Below are positions 26,500 to 40,217 of a DNA stretch of 64,000 nt, in pieces. Origin of the DNA: Eledone cirrhosa. Taxonomy: Eukaryota. Every line of letters starts with the position of its first letter. The first letter of the stretch is position 1. The DNA lies in NCBI GenBank assembly GCA_964016885.1, contig OZ024743.1, positions 348,316,001 through 348,380,000 on the forward strand, given 5' to 3'. The translations under genes and the position numbers were made by a program. A model generated the notes under the pieces. That model had not been told where the DNA came from. It made no database searches and was given only the letters and a program-made list of their open reading frames with translations.

Positions 26500-26760
26500 T
26501 TTGGGGAGTCTACTGTTTGCTAGACGTACTATGTTACCTCACCAGCGGAGGCGCTGTTTTTATGATGAAGGTCTCGATGCTTGACAGAAAAGTCCCCTGG
26601 CAGAACATTGGAGTATAAAACCTCCATGAGATATTGAGGATAGAGTGCAGGTATTGTTGGTGGAACCATTCGAGGCGCTGGATATGCCCACAGTAATTTG
26701 CCCATGTCTTACATCCACACATGCTTGTCATACACTTCCAACTTTTGTGCACATACTCAT
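26500..26760 (-). mobile_element. Decayed RTE-clade LINE fragment
   Basis: GCKTW..HIQRLEWFHQQYLHSILNISW resembles the RTE post-RT region. Confidence 0.6.
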
Positions 26761-27003
26761 AGACTTAGCTCCATTTAATTGATGATTTGTCCAGTTAATT
26801 TCTACGGACTAACAGGAAAGACTAGGTAAATGTTATCTGACTGTACCTCACGGAGGAAAGTCTGTGACATTTATCTGTTAATTCTTCAAAGTTACATTTT
26901 AAACTTAGCTCCGTTTAAATTATTAATTATCATGCTAATTTCTACGGACTAAGGAGGAGAAAAACTGGGTATATATAGTCTGACTGTTATTCAAACATAT
27001 AAT

Positions 27004-27037
<34 letters not shown>

Positions 27038-27129
27038 CATTATTTATATATATATATAATTGGTGTGGGATGCTTAAAGCGTCCGTAAGCGGTATACCGT
27101 TGAACACTCGATGCTCTTACAGAGCAGAG

Positions 27130-27160
<31 letters not shown>

Positions 27161-27528
27161 ATTAAATAGCTTTGTAATATACATAGATCAATCTTCTGTC
27201 ATCATCCTCCTTCAATCTTTTTTATATTTCATATGCCTGTCACCCACATTGGGGATAGTCTCTCCGTTGACCACTGGCCGCTGGTCTCTCTCATTTGAGG
27301 CATCTTTGCTCATCACTGTATTTAACAGCATTTAGCTGTTTTAACGGGTGTCCTAGCGATGGGCTTTCTCATTTTTTATATGCATTCAAATTCACTCTCG
27401 CTTCGTCTCGATCAGAGAAAACATTGTCTTGTATACACACACACATATATATATGTGTGTGTATATTTATATATATGTATTGTGTGTGTGTATATATATA
27501 TGCATATATATATATATATATATATATA

Positions 27529-28751
<1,223 letters not shown>

Positions 28752-28786
28752 TATATAATAACTTGTGTGTTACACCTCTATTCTTT

Positions 28787-28866
<80 letters not shown>

Positions 28867-28905
28867 TATATATATATATATACACATATATGTATACACA
28901 TATGC

Positions 28906-28941
<36 letters not shown>

Positions 28942-29272
28942 ATTTTTAACATTCACATGACCTCTAGCGACCAATCAAAATTGTTTTGACCACAAGAATT
29001 TTTGCAACACGAATTGGCGCGAAACTTATTTTAATACAACTGGAGCCACTTTTTTCACATAAAACAGGTAGAATTACCAAAACTAATCAGATCAGAGCAA
29101 ACATCACGGACGCTCTATCTCAAAATTATTTTGGTAAAGCATTAGAAATGCGCAACCGGTAACACTTAAAACCAAAACTGAATACTAACAAATACTATTA
29201 CTAATTTTCACTTATTCCTAATTAAACTATTTTTCACTGTGAACAATTTGTCAGCATTTTCTTTTCCGTTTA

Positions 29273-29346
<74 letters not shown>

Positions 29347-29352
29347 TGCATG

Positions 29353-29384
<32 letters not shown>

Positions 29385-29387
29385 TGC

Positions 29388-29426
<39 letters not shown>

Positions 29427-29863
29427 TGACGAAGGTTAACCTGGAAAGCAGGGCATGCAGTCCAATCGCGATGGCGGAAAGTGGGGCTGTGCAGCCTTAA
29501 CCCCCCCTCTCAATTCCCTCTAAATGACCCTTTGGTCAAAGCCGCATGTAGTGTTATCTAGTGTGCGAAGGTGTATGTGTGTGTGTATGTTATAGTTTTA
29601 TGTGTCAACGATTTAGTAAGCAGTCAAAATTCTGCTTGCCCCAAAGCTGTCGTGTGTTTGTGTGTATGTGTTTGTGTGTATGTGTGTGTGTTTGTGTGTA
29701 TGTGTGTGTGTTTGTGTGTATGTGTGTATGTGTGTTATCTTTTTTGTGTCTATAGGTTTTAGTAAGCAGCCAAAATTCTGCTTACTTCAACCGACGCAAT
29801 TGATCAACTCAAGATTCTATAACGCATGCACTGAATGCGTTGCATGCACGGACCCTTCGCCCT

Positions 29864-29920
<57 letters not shown>

Positions 29921-30389
29921 CGTGTGTGTATATATAAAACGGCACCACAATATAAACGTGAGAGATGTGTAGTAATATATACAAATATAAACATATATTT
30001 AAAAGCTACAAAATATTTTCTCATAATCATAAATATATTAGAATTTTATAAACTAAATAAACATTAACGTAAACAAAAATGGAAACTGATATGAATTCAC
30101 TTGAATAGAAACACATAAATATATACTAACTCTAAAATATGCCAGCTTACATAAACAGTGAGGAATGTATTTCCGAAATTTGAACAGATTTTCAGTAATA
30201 TAAACAATGACTGCACACGATTTCGAAATAGGAAGGAAAATGAGTGGTAATATATTCCAACGGCAATTAATTAAGGTTGAATACTGCCTGGTGTCACAGT
30301 AAAAAACATACAGGAGAAAGTCAAGAGTAATAGGCCTCTAAATCGACCTTAATAAACGATAAATATGTGTATGTGCGTGTATATATGTT

Positions 30390-30452
<63 letters not shown>

Positions 30453-30474
30453 TATATATATATATATATATACA

Positions 30475-30545
<71 letters not shown>

Positions 30546-30605
30546 TTAAAAAAATAATGAATAAAACAATGAAACAGTTCCTTATATTAAACAAAAAAAG
30601 TTCAT

Positions 30606-30749
30606 CATTTAACGATCGTTTCTAGGACATATATGTGTTAGAATTGGCATGCATATTCAACAGATCTATGTACAAAATTATACAAAATTATACAAACTAT
30701 CAAATTTAATATACATACCAACACATATATATGCCGTCTTCAGAAATAA
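30606..30749 (-). ncRNA. Type I hammerhead motif (mirror copy)
   Basis: Reverse complement of 30755-30909 with one stem I change. Confidence 0.7.
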
Positions 30750-30754
30750 TATTT

Positions 30755-30909
30755 TTATTTCTGAAGACGGCATATATATGTGTTGGTATGTATATTAAAT
30801 TTGATAGTTTGTATAATTTTGTATAATTTTGTATAATTTTGTACATAGATCTGTTGAATATGCATGCCAATTCTAACACATATATGTCATAGAAACGATC
30901 GTTAAATAA
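30755..30909 (+). ncRNA. Type I hammerhead ribozyme with a greatly extended stem-loop II
   Basis: ttattt-CTGAAGA-cggcatatatatgtgttgg..ctaacacatatatgtcata-GAAA-cgatcg-TT-aaataa. Confidence 0.75.
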
Positions 30910-31222
30910 TGAACTTTTTTTGTTTAATATAAGGAACTGTTTCATTGTTTTATTCATTATTTTTTTAATATTTTATCTTGACTCTGTATTCCGTTTATCT
31001 TTCACCGAAAGTGATTTTTGAATGCATCTCTTCTTTCCATGATATCCGGATTACATTGAGTTCTTCATACGGATTGGACACTACCGTAAACTCTTGGTAG
31101 ATTTATCTACATATATATATATATATATATAGTAATAATAATAAATTTGGAGACTAAAATCCAAAGAGGGCTCGATAAGGATAAATATATATCAAATATA
31201 TAAGAACCGTACAGCAAATATT

Positions 31223-31357
31223 TATTAAAATAACAGATTAAAGTTTAAGCAAAGAATCGTTGCTTTCACCCTTAACGGGATCTTCTGAAACTCTGAGTTT
31301 CAGAAGATCCCGTTAAGGGTAAAAGCAGCGATTCTTTGCTTAAACTTTAATCTGTTA

Positions 31358-31365
<8 letters not shown>
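31223..31365. mobile_element. Mini fold-back palindrome with variant (CAGAAGA) hammerhead-like motifs on both arms
   Basis: Apex at 31294; family copies at about 19272-19321, 19445-19497, 31443-31493 and 48671-48721. Confidence 0.8.
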
Positions 31366-31399
<34 letters not shown>

Positions 31400-32047
31400 C
31401 ACACACACAAACATATATACACGCTCACACATATTTATTGTGAGTTTCAGAAGATCCCGTTAAGTGTGAAAGCACCGATTCTTTGCTTAAACTTTAACCT
31501 GTTATTTTGATAAATATTTGCTCTATGGTTTTATGTATTTTGATATATATATCATCCTTATCCAGCCCTCTTCGGATTTTAGGCTTCACATTTCTTATTA
31601 TTACTATATATATATATAATTGAATATATGAGAGGATGAACACATATGTAAGTGTACATGTGTTCCAATTGCAAATGACCAAGTTAGCTAGGTTGAAAAA
31701 TACTAATTTAAAACAACATGGTTTGCTTGACTTGATTTAACGTAATAAATCAATAAAAATAACAAATCTATATCGGGCAAATAGCCTATAATACCTGCAC
31801 AGATCGAAATCAAATGATCTAAGAGGACTGAACGAAGCGCGGGTATAAACGCACATGTTGCAGCTCCTAACGCGGCTCATACTCATGCCGCTAAAGACAG
31901 CAGCTGGGTTTACGGAGTCGAGAATATCATAGATTGAGTTAGAAACTCAAAATAGTCTTTTACAATTAACATGTAACATGTGCGATTATACCCGCGCATC
32001 GTTCAGTCTTCTTAGGTCCTTTGAAGTGAAAGGTGCGAATTTTCCTG

Positions 32048-32126
32048 GATACCTGCAGAAGAGCAAAGGAATTCAAGATTTCACTTAATAATCCTTGCGA
32101 AACAGATTTACATCTGTCCGGGTATC
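32048..32126 (+). ncRNA. Type I hammerhead-like ribozyme with U4A core (CAGAAGA)
   Basis: gatacctg-CAGAAGA-gcaaagga..tccttgc-GAAA-cagat(ttac)atctg-TC-cgggtatc. Confidence 0.7.
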
Positions 32127-32386
32127 ATAGGCTATTTGTCCGATATAGGTTTGTTATTTTTATTGATTTATTACTTTAAATCGAGTCAGGTAAATTATAT
32201 TCTTTTAAATTATATATTTCAACCTAGCTAACTTGGTCATTTACAATTGCAACACATGTATACTTATATATGTGTTCATCCCTCTCATATATTCAATTAT
32301 ATTACATAGCTCGGAAAGATTCCCTTCTTTGAGTTATTTAATTGTAAAAGACTATTTTGAGTTTCTAACTCAATCTATGATATATA

Positions 32387-32501
<115 letters not shown>

Positions 32502-32512
32502 GTCATGTATAA

Positions 32513-32550
<38 letters not shown>

Positions 32551-32589
32551 TTAATAATAATAAAATGTGGAGAGGAAGAACACAAGTTA

Positions 32590-32629
<40 letters not shown>

Positions 32630-32769
32630 TAAAATAACAGATTATTTTATTATTATTATTATTATTGCTATATATATATATATATGAAAACAGGGAGAAA
32701 GAGACGATTATTAGGAAGAAAAATATATTTTGTTCCTTTTTTGTTTCTCTCTCTCTTTTTTCTGGGCTT

Positions 32770-33470
32770 GTGTGAGGATGTTTTTTTATGGATTTAGGTT
32801 GTCTTTTGCTCTTTATGATGTTGTGTATTAGGAGGATTTTGTTCATTCTTGGGTCTCTTTTTAGTAAAGGAATGTTCTGGAAGATGGTGTCGAATGACTC
32901 ATTGTTGAGGGGGTTGTGTGTGAAGATGTCTGGTAGAGTTCTTTGTAGTTCATTCCTGGGTTTGGTGTGTCTGAGTTTCTGGATGTCTAGTTTTAGGGCA
33001 CGTTGGAATCCATTGTTGATTAGTGATGGTGGGTAGTTTCTGCTGATAAGTGTGTTTTTTAATTCTTCTAGTCGTGTGTAGCATGAACAAAATCCTCCAA
33101 ACACACAACATCATAAAGAGCAAAAGACAACTTAAATCCATAAAAAACATCCTCACACAAGCCAAAATCCAACAAACCCTCACGATGAACCCTACAGTAA
33201 CAAAACGCGGAAGACCCAACTGTGGCATATGCATAAATCTAATAGAAGGTTCAACATTCCATTTTAAACAAGGACAGCGTTTCACAGTTAAACACAACTT
33301 TACATGTGCATCTGAAAACCTAATCTATGTTTTGACCTGCTCAGGTTGTCAAGAACACTACATAGGACAGACAAAAACAAAGCCTCCGTCAACGTATGAC
33401 CGTTCATAAATCACAAATTAAAATACAAGAATATAGAAAGATTGCATTTAGTGAACATATCGCCAATTAT
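32770..33470. mobile_element. Penelope-like element remnant with 5' inversion; GIY-YIG endonuclease on the + strand
   Basis: (+) 33083-33409 KSKRQ..RPNCGIC..NFTCASENLIYVLTCSGCQEHYIGQTK (Neptune-like); (-) 32770-33075 overlapping upstream part (LISRNYP..IIKSKRQPKS). Confidence 0.85.
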
Positions 33471-33484
33471 ATATATATATATCG

Positions 33485-33537
<53 letters not shown>

Positions 33538-33679
33538 TATATATATATTGACATGAAAATGTACCCGCCTTGGGTACATTTTCATGTCAATATAAATACC
33601 CACATACACGTTCACATACACACACGCACACAGAAACAAACACACGCGCACACACTTAAAAGTAAAACTGAACACTAAC

Positions 33680-33930
33680 TAATATATATATATATAATTG
33701 AATAAACAAGAGAGATGAACACTAATATAAACATGCATGTGTTCGAATCGTAAGGTCTGTAGTTAGTATTTTTTTACCCTAGCAAACCTAGTCCTTACGA
33801 TTCGAACACACCGTATCTTTATATTTGTGTTCATCTCTCTTGTTTATTCAATTATATTACACGGCTCGGAAAAGCTTTTTTCTTAGAGCTATTTAATTGT
33901 AAGAGACTACTCTGAGTTTCTAACTCACTA
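33680..33930 (+). repeat. Small IR-containing repeat with an inverted copy at 36175-36415; 3' end shared with 32250-32375, 51220-51350, 51700-51870
   Basis: gtgttcgaatcgtaagg..ccttacgattcgaacac; tail ttgtaagagactactctgagtttctaactca. Confidence 0.75.
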
Positions 33931-33995
33931 TATATATATATATTATTATTAGTATATATATATATATATATTATTATTAGTATATATATATATAT

Positions 33996-35310
33996 ACAAA
34001 AAACTCATCCCCTATGAAATAAATAACCTAGACATCAGTGGAGTGCCGACCCGGAGATGAAACTGCCCTGATAGATCTACATGCCCGCTCAACAACAAAT
34101 GCCGAGAAGGTAACGTGATCTACCAGTGCAACGTAACGTGAGGACGGACACCTCCAACAAAGCTTATATAGGATTAACCGCGTGTGACTTCAAGACCTGG
34201 GTCTACCAACACCGACATACTTTCCGAAACCCGGTCCGGCGATATGCCACTACACTTTCGGGCCACATCTGGGACCTCCAAGATAATAATATAACCTACA
34301 ATCTCAATTGGAGCTTACTGTCCAGAGTTAACTCTTACACGGGAGGACGCCGTCCGTGTAACTTATGCACGGATGAAACATTACAATTGCTGTTTTCGAA
34401 GGACCAACTCCCAAACAAGAAAGCGAACTTGTAACGGCAGGCAAACACAGATTGCGTAGGACTTACCTCGCCCTCAAACCCCATAACGGCCCGGGTGGAT
34501 AGACAAGGGCTGATACCACCCCCTCTTACTTGCCGCATAATTTAGAGGAAACCGCAGCTTACATAGATAGTTGTATCTCTTTCCTTTTCTTTTCCGCGTT
34601 GTCTTCTTCTTCAACTGTCTCATCCTATCACTTCCTTCCACCCCCAATTTTCTTCCTCGCCTGCTTTTCCCCTTTCGCCTACCCCGATGCAGCCCATCGG
34701 GCCTCTGTAGCATCAGTTCCCCCAACCCTGTAATTTTAAGATAGAATTGGCCGAATACGTTTTACTAACTACTTATAGCAGACGTGTTAAACCCCTTTTA
34801 TTTTGTATCAGTTCTGGTACTACTCAATTTCTACAAGTTTTTTCTATTCTCAACTTATTAACCTGTAATTGTAAGATGGCATTGTGATTTTCTTTTTATT
34901 CATTTCTCACTATCTAATTTTATATATTTTTTTATTTCTTTCTATTATTTTTTACTGTCTCCTACTCTCATTCGATGTACATATTCTATAACCTCCCTCC
35001 TCCACTTCATACACTATCCTTAGAATCTGCTGTATACATATCACCTTCAACGCTTGACCGCTCCACTCACTCCCCTATTGTTCTAGATGCAAGTTCAGCC
35101 ACCCCTACCACCCATGAAATGCCATGATACACTTATTTGTGTTTACAACAAATTTTAACCAATCCTCTAGACAACTACAATCTTCCCATATAAGGAAGTA
35201 CCCACTTGACAAGTTCGGCTATTTATTCACCGGACTAAAAATTCTAATTTAGTCCAGAAATAGCCGTCGAAACGGCTCGAGCTCTGCCGTCTGTGTCATA
35301 CTTTTTTCCT
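33996..35310 (+). mobile_element. 5'-truncated Penelope-like element (Naiad/Chlamys-type GIY-YIG) with long 3'UTR, in (TA)n
   Basis: CPLNNKC..NVIYQC..AYIGLT..FK..HRHTF..TTLSGHIWDL..W..CNLC (34080-34434); (TA)n on both sides. Confidence 0.8.
35203..35295 (+). ncRNA. Hammerhead-like motif with U3-A8 core at the 3' end of the PLE
   Basis: cac-TTGACAA-g..cggctattt..aaatagccg..c-GAAA-cggc..gccg-TC-(t)gtg. Confidence 0.6.
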
Positions 35311-35329
35311 ATATGTATATATATACATG

Positions 35330-35407
<78 letters not shown>

Positions 35408-35428
35408 CATATATATATATATGCATAG

Positions 35429-35488
<60 letters not shown>

Positions 35489-35771
35489 TGATGTTTGCTC
35501 TAATCCAATTAGAGTAAACATCACGAGCGCTCTATCTCAAAATTATTTTTGAAAATAATTATTATATTTTTGAAATTAATGCGCAACCGGTAAAAACTTA
35601 AAACTAAAACTTAATACTAACCAATACTTATTACTAGTTTATACTTATTCCTAATTAAACTATTTTTTACTGGGAAAAATTTGTCAGCATTTTCTTTTTC
35701 TTTTACTAATATATATATATATATATTAATTCAAAATATTAACAAAAATAGAACTTCTTGTGATCATGTAT

Positions 35772-35836
35772 ATTTTATTATACATATTTCAGAGGTAAAG
35801 AGCTAACTTCAACAGTACGTCCTCATCAGATAAAAT
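35772..35836 (-). ncRNA. Type I hammerhead motif (mirror copy)
   Basis: Near reverse complement of 35936-36000. Confidence 0.75.
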
Positions 35837-35935
35837 AAGATGTTGCATGACATACCCTGACATAGTAGATGGTTAAGATCCAGTCATGGTAGATCTTAAC
35901 CATCTACTATGTCAGTGTATGTCATGCATCATCTT

Positions 35936-36000
35936 ATTTTATCTGATGAGGACGTATTGTTAAAGTTAGCTCAGTACCTCTGAAATATGTATAATAAAAT
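35936..36000 (+). ncRNA. Type I hammerhead ribozyme motif
   Basis: attttat-CTGATGA-gga..tct-GAAA-tatgta-TA-ataaaat. Confidence 0.75.
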
Positions 36001-36449
36001 ATACTTGATCACAAGAAGTTCTATTTTTGTTAATATTTTGAATTAATATTAGTAACTTCGGAAAACCCAGTGTTGAGTGCTTCCAATCTATTGTAAACCT
36101 AATTCTTTGATTTATTCATTGAACCTTGCTTAACCTTTAAATATATATATAGTAATAATAATAATATATATATATAGTGAGTTAGAAACTCAGAGTAGAC
36201 TCTTACAATTAAATAGCTCTAAGAAAAAAGCTTTTCCGAGCCGTGTAATATAATTGAATAAACAATAGAGATGAACACTAATATAAACACACGGTGTGTT
36301 CGAATCGTAAGGACTAGGTTTGCTAGGGTGAAAAAATACTAACTACAGTGCTTACGATTCGAACACATGTATGTTTATATTAGTGTTCATTTCTCTTATT
36401 TATTCAATTATATATATATATATATAAATGAAAATAGAGAAATTAATTG

Positions 36450-36560
36450 TTTCTACTATTGGCACAAGGCCAGCAAATACCCAGTACATTACTGGTACTT
36501 TAATTTATCGACTCCGTAAGGATCAAAGGCAAAGTTAACCTCAGCGGGATTTGAACTCAG
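36450..36560 (-). mobile_element. Partial tRNA-derived SINE
   Basis: Reverse complement of the SINE 3' part (gttcaaatccc..gcctttgatccttacggagtcgataaa). Confidence 0.7.
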
Positions 36561-37194
36561 ATTTGAAAATAGAGAAATTAATGTGAGCAAGAAGCCAACA
36601 GTATTTCATAATATATTAGTGACTATAAGGTCAAAATGGAAAATATTTAACGTAAAATATGTGAAAATAATTCAAACTCAATTCAATATATATATATATT
36701 GGCTTTATGCTACAATATTTTCTATAACTTTCATTTATATATATATATATATATGTGCGTGTGTGTGTGTGAATGTGTGCGTGTGTGTGTGTGAATGTGT
36801 ATGTGTATGTGTGTATTTATATTGACATGGAAATGTACCCAAGGCGGCATTCTTAATGAAGAGCATATAATGTATTGGAAATATCAGTACTTAGGCAGTG
36901 AGCCGAAAAATAACTTTGGATTGATTTAAATTACATCCCTAATGAGTAGAAAGCAGTCATTAGTGTTTATGAAATCCTATTTTCAAAAGATGCCAGGCTA
37001 AATGTTAATCAACAAAAATTTATATGACGATATGCAGCAGAACAGTGAATTTGATGTTTCGAAGGCACGGAGAAAATTTCGGACAAGTTTTAGTTTTATC
37101 GGATAGCTTTTGCGAAACATAGTCCGCCGATTATCTATCAATATCTGAAATTAACAAATAGAAACCTGCATACATTGCACTACAAATATAATTA

Positions 37195-37381
37195 CTTCTA
37201 CTTTTGGAACAAGGCCAGCAATTTGTCTAGTGTATTACTGGTACTTTATTTCCTCGACCCCGTAAGGATGAATGGCAACGTTAACCTCAGCGGGATTTGA
37301 ACTCAGACTTTAAAGGGACGTAACTCTAAGCTGCAAAACAAGGCGTTTGACCCTCTACCGATACTGCCAATCCACCGCCCT
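37195..37381 (-). mobile_element. tRNA-derived SINE, full length
   Basis: Reverse complement reads gggcggtggattggcagtatcggt..gagttcaaatcccg..catccttacggggtcgagg. Confidence 0.8.
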
Positions 37382-37564
37382 ATAGCACTACAACTATAAT
37401 AAAAAGCCACGTGTCAATAATACTCTGAATTCCTCTTATTGGCACGTATGTATCATTCTGGTTCATACACTTTACTATGAGCGTGTGGGAAGTAATTTTT
37501 CTCAATTTGGAATCTTTTGGCTTTGTTTTGGTATATAGAGTGAAACGCACCATTAATTACTGTC

Positions 37565-37692
37565 TGAGTTACGTCCCTTTACGATCTGAGTTCAAATCCC
37601 GCCGAGGTTGACTTTGCCTTTCATCCTTACGGGGTCGATAAAATAAAGTACCAATAATGCACTGGGTAATTGCTGGCCTTGTGCCTAAAGTA
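37565..37692 (+). mobile_element. Partial tRNA-derived SINE
   Basis: gagttcaaatcccgccgaggttgactttgcctttcatccttacggggtcgataaaataaagtacc. Confidence 0.8.
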
Positions 37693-39697
37693 GTCTGAGC
37701 TGTATGGACAATGTGCTGGCACATGGTATGACTTAAGCATTTATAACCTGGCGGAGACATTCACATTCCAGGTCTGAATTCTGCCAATTTTTTGCAGAGG
37801 AGAAGAGAAAGCGAAAGAAAGTGATAAAAGATCAACTAAAAGTCGGCTCAAGTATTGAGTGAATATTTTATTTATCGACCAGAAAAAAAGGAAAGGAAAA
37901 GTTGACCTCAGTGCTATTTGAACTCATATCTCAATGTGCCACTCCATTTAATCCATTTAATCCGACCCCTAATGAACCAGTTAATATGCCATCACTTGAA
38001 CACCAGATATTCCTTAATTCCGGCCTCGTTCGATAGAAATTACACACTCACATATATCGACCAGGATTTCCTTCAAGGATCTTTAGATCCTGATCTTCAT
38101 TTTTTTCTGAATGCGTATGCTATTCTCTTCCTCTCTCACACCATGAAATGACTCAAGTAATGAAGTATTTGCTTTGGCTACATATTTGTGCCTAATGCTA
38201 AATTACTTCGCTCGTTGACCCATATCAAAATGTTCATGGTTTCTGACAAAGAAGTTTCTTTGTATTCCATAGTGCTAGAGACAGTGAGCAGAGAAATTAC
38301 ATTTACTTCTGTATATTTTCAAAGAACAAATATTCCAGTTATCTTGTTTACTTTAGTGTTATGTTTTTTTTAATTTTTATTTCTGTTGATGTTGCAACGT
38401 TGAGGGTGTGTGCCTCTTAGTTATCATGTTTTTTTTTTTTTTAAATAACTGACGGCAAGAGAACATTTTGGTCTTCTCTCTTTTTCTCCAAATAGAGGAA
38501 ATAGCAGTAATTCTCTCTATATCATATTCAGCATATTCCACGCTAAAGATCCCACGCAAATTAGCATGTAATCTGAAGAGTACATGCTAATCACAAGGCC
38601 AGCATGCAATACGCCTTGCTGAAGAAAGGGACTGCAAAAGAAATATTAATTATAATAAAGGTAATAACTGTTTCTAATGCAAGATCAAGCACAGCAAGTT
38701 GTGGGAAAGGGGTGTTGATTAAATAGTCCCACAACGGTGAAAATCAAAGCTGACCTCGACTTGATTTGATCTCAGAAAGTAAAGAAGTGGACAAATTATG
38801 TCTTCGCATTTTTGTTCCAAATCTCGGCAAACGAAGTCAACAATAATATTCATAATGGTTTCCTATTTAGAAATAAATCTAGTTGTGGTGGTGGATCAGT
38901 TTATTACATTGACCTCAGTTCATGACTAATGTTTATCTAATAGAATGCTGGAATTTGATCTTAGATTTTAAAGTGTCGTCACTGAACGTCACAAAGCATC
39001 TAAAGTTTCTGCCAAAGATCTAATGAATGGACCAATCCAACAGCCTGACGATAGTAATAATACAATTTTACACCATCGTTACTGCGTGATTTGAGGCAGA
39101 GATATTCGAGTATCTTGTGAGTTGTCAAAAGAGAGTATCGTGAAACTCGCATAGCGTTGCAAAATGTAGTTCATGATCCCCTCCTCTCTCTCTCACGTTA
39201 TATATATATACAAATGTTTATGAATAAATATCAATGCAACTATCAACCTCTATGCCTCTTTTATCACTTCATATATATAGCTATACATAACTGTATACAT
39301 AACTACATACCTACTTGCATACATACAGTGTACGTGAGCGTGTGTGCCTCAGTGTGTATGAGCGTGTATAGGAACCGAGTTTTGGAATATAGAAATTATC
39401 ATGATCGAGACAGTTTATAAACAACTGCGTTCATATTTCCTTTTGGGAAGAATTAATGTAAATATGGCAATGTCTGACACAGCAGTTGAATTTTGCTGGT
39501 GAGAAAATATAACAGAATGGATGATATATTTCATTACTAACTTATTTCTGACTTCATATTTTCCCTAGTCACCACACTATCATCTTACATCTCTCTAAAA
39601 CCATAAAAATGCAACAAAATCTTGCTTATATACATTCGAACGTACATATCTACATGCATACTTGAAATGTCTATATAAATGCGTGTGTGTTGGGGTG

Positions 39698-39804
<107 letters not shown>

Positions 39805-39897
39805 ATATATTATATATATATATATATTATATATATATATATATATTATATATATATATATATTATATATATATATATATTATATATATATATATAT

Positions 39898-39928
<31 letters not shown>

Positions 39929-40150
39929 ATATATATATATTATATATATATTATATATATATATATTATATATATATAGTATATATATATATATAGTATA
40001 TATATATATATATATATATATAATGTAGGAGGTGAGTTTTATTGTAGTACAATAAAGCAATGCAGATATCGGATAAGAAGCACTCTACAGTTTGTGGGAC
40101 TGGAGTATGCATAATATAAGATCAAAAGATGGTTAAAGGAGTTCCATATA

Positions 40151-40217
40151 TTTTATTATGCGCATTTCAAAAACAAACATCATCAAACAATAATATTTGT
40201 GTTTTCATCAGATAAAA
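40151..40217 (-). ncRNA. Type I hammerhead ribozyme (mirror copy)
   Basis: Reverse complement of 41516-41582. Confidence 0.8.

Larger units (their letters stand above)
30540..30972. mobile_element. Fold-back palindrome with mirrored hammerheads and a one-sided tail (30973-31110)
   Basis: Arms of about 210 bp, 5-nt apex at 30750-30754, (TA)n on both flanks. Confidence 0.9.
35723..36049. mobile_element. Fold-back palindrome with mirrored hammerheads and a one-sided tail (36050-36140)
   Basis: Arms of about 158 bp, 11-nt apex 35881-35891, (TA)n flanks. Confidence 0.9.

Noticed and set aside
26760-26990. Two roughly 140-bp direct repeats as a CRISPR-like array
   Set aside because: Only two diverged units in eukaryotic DNA with no spacer structure; a simple tandem duplication.
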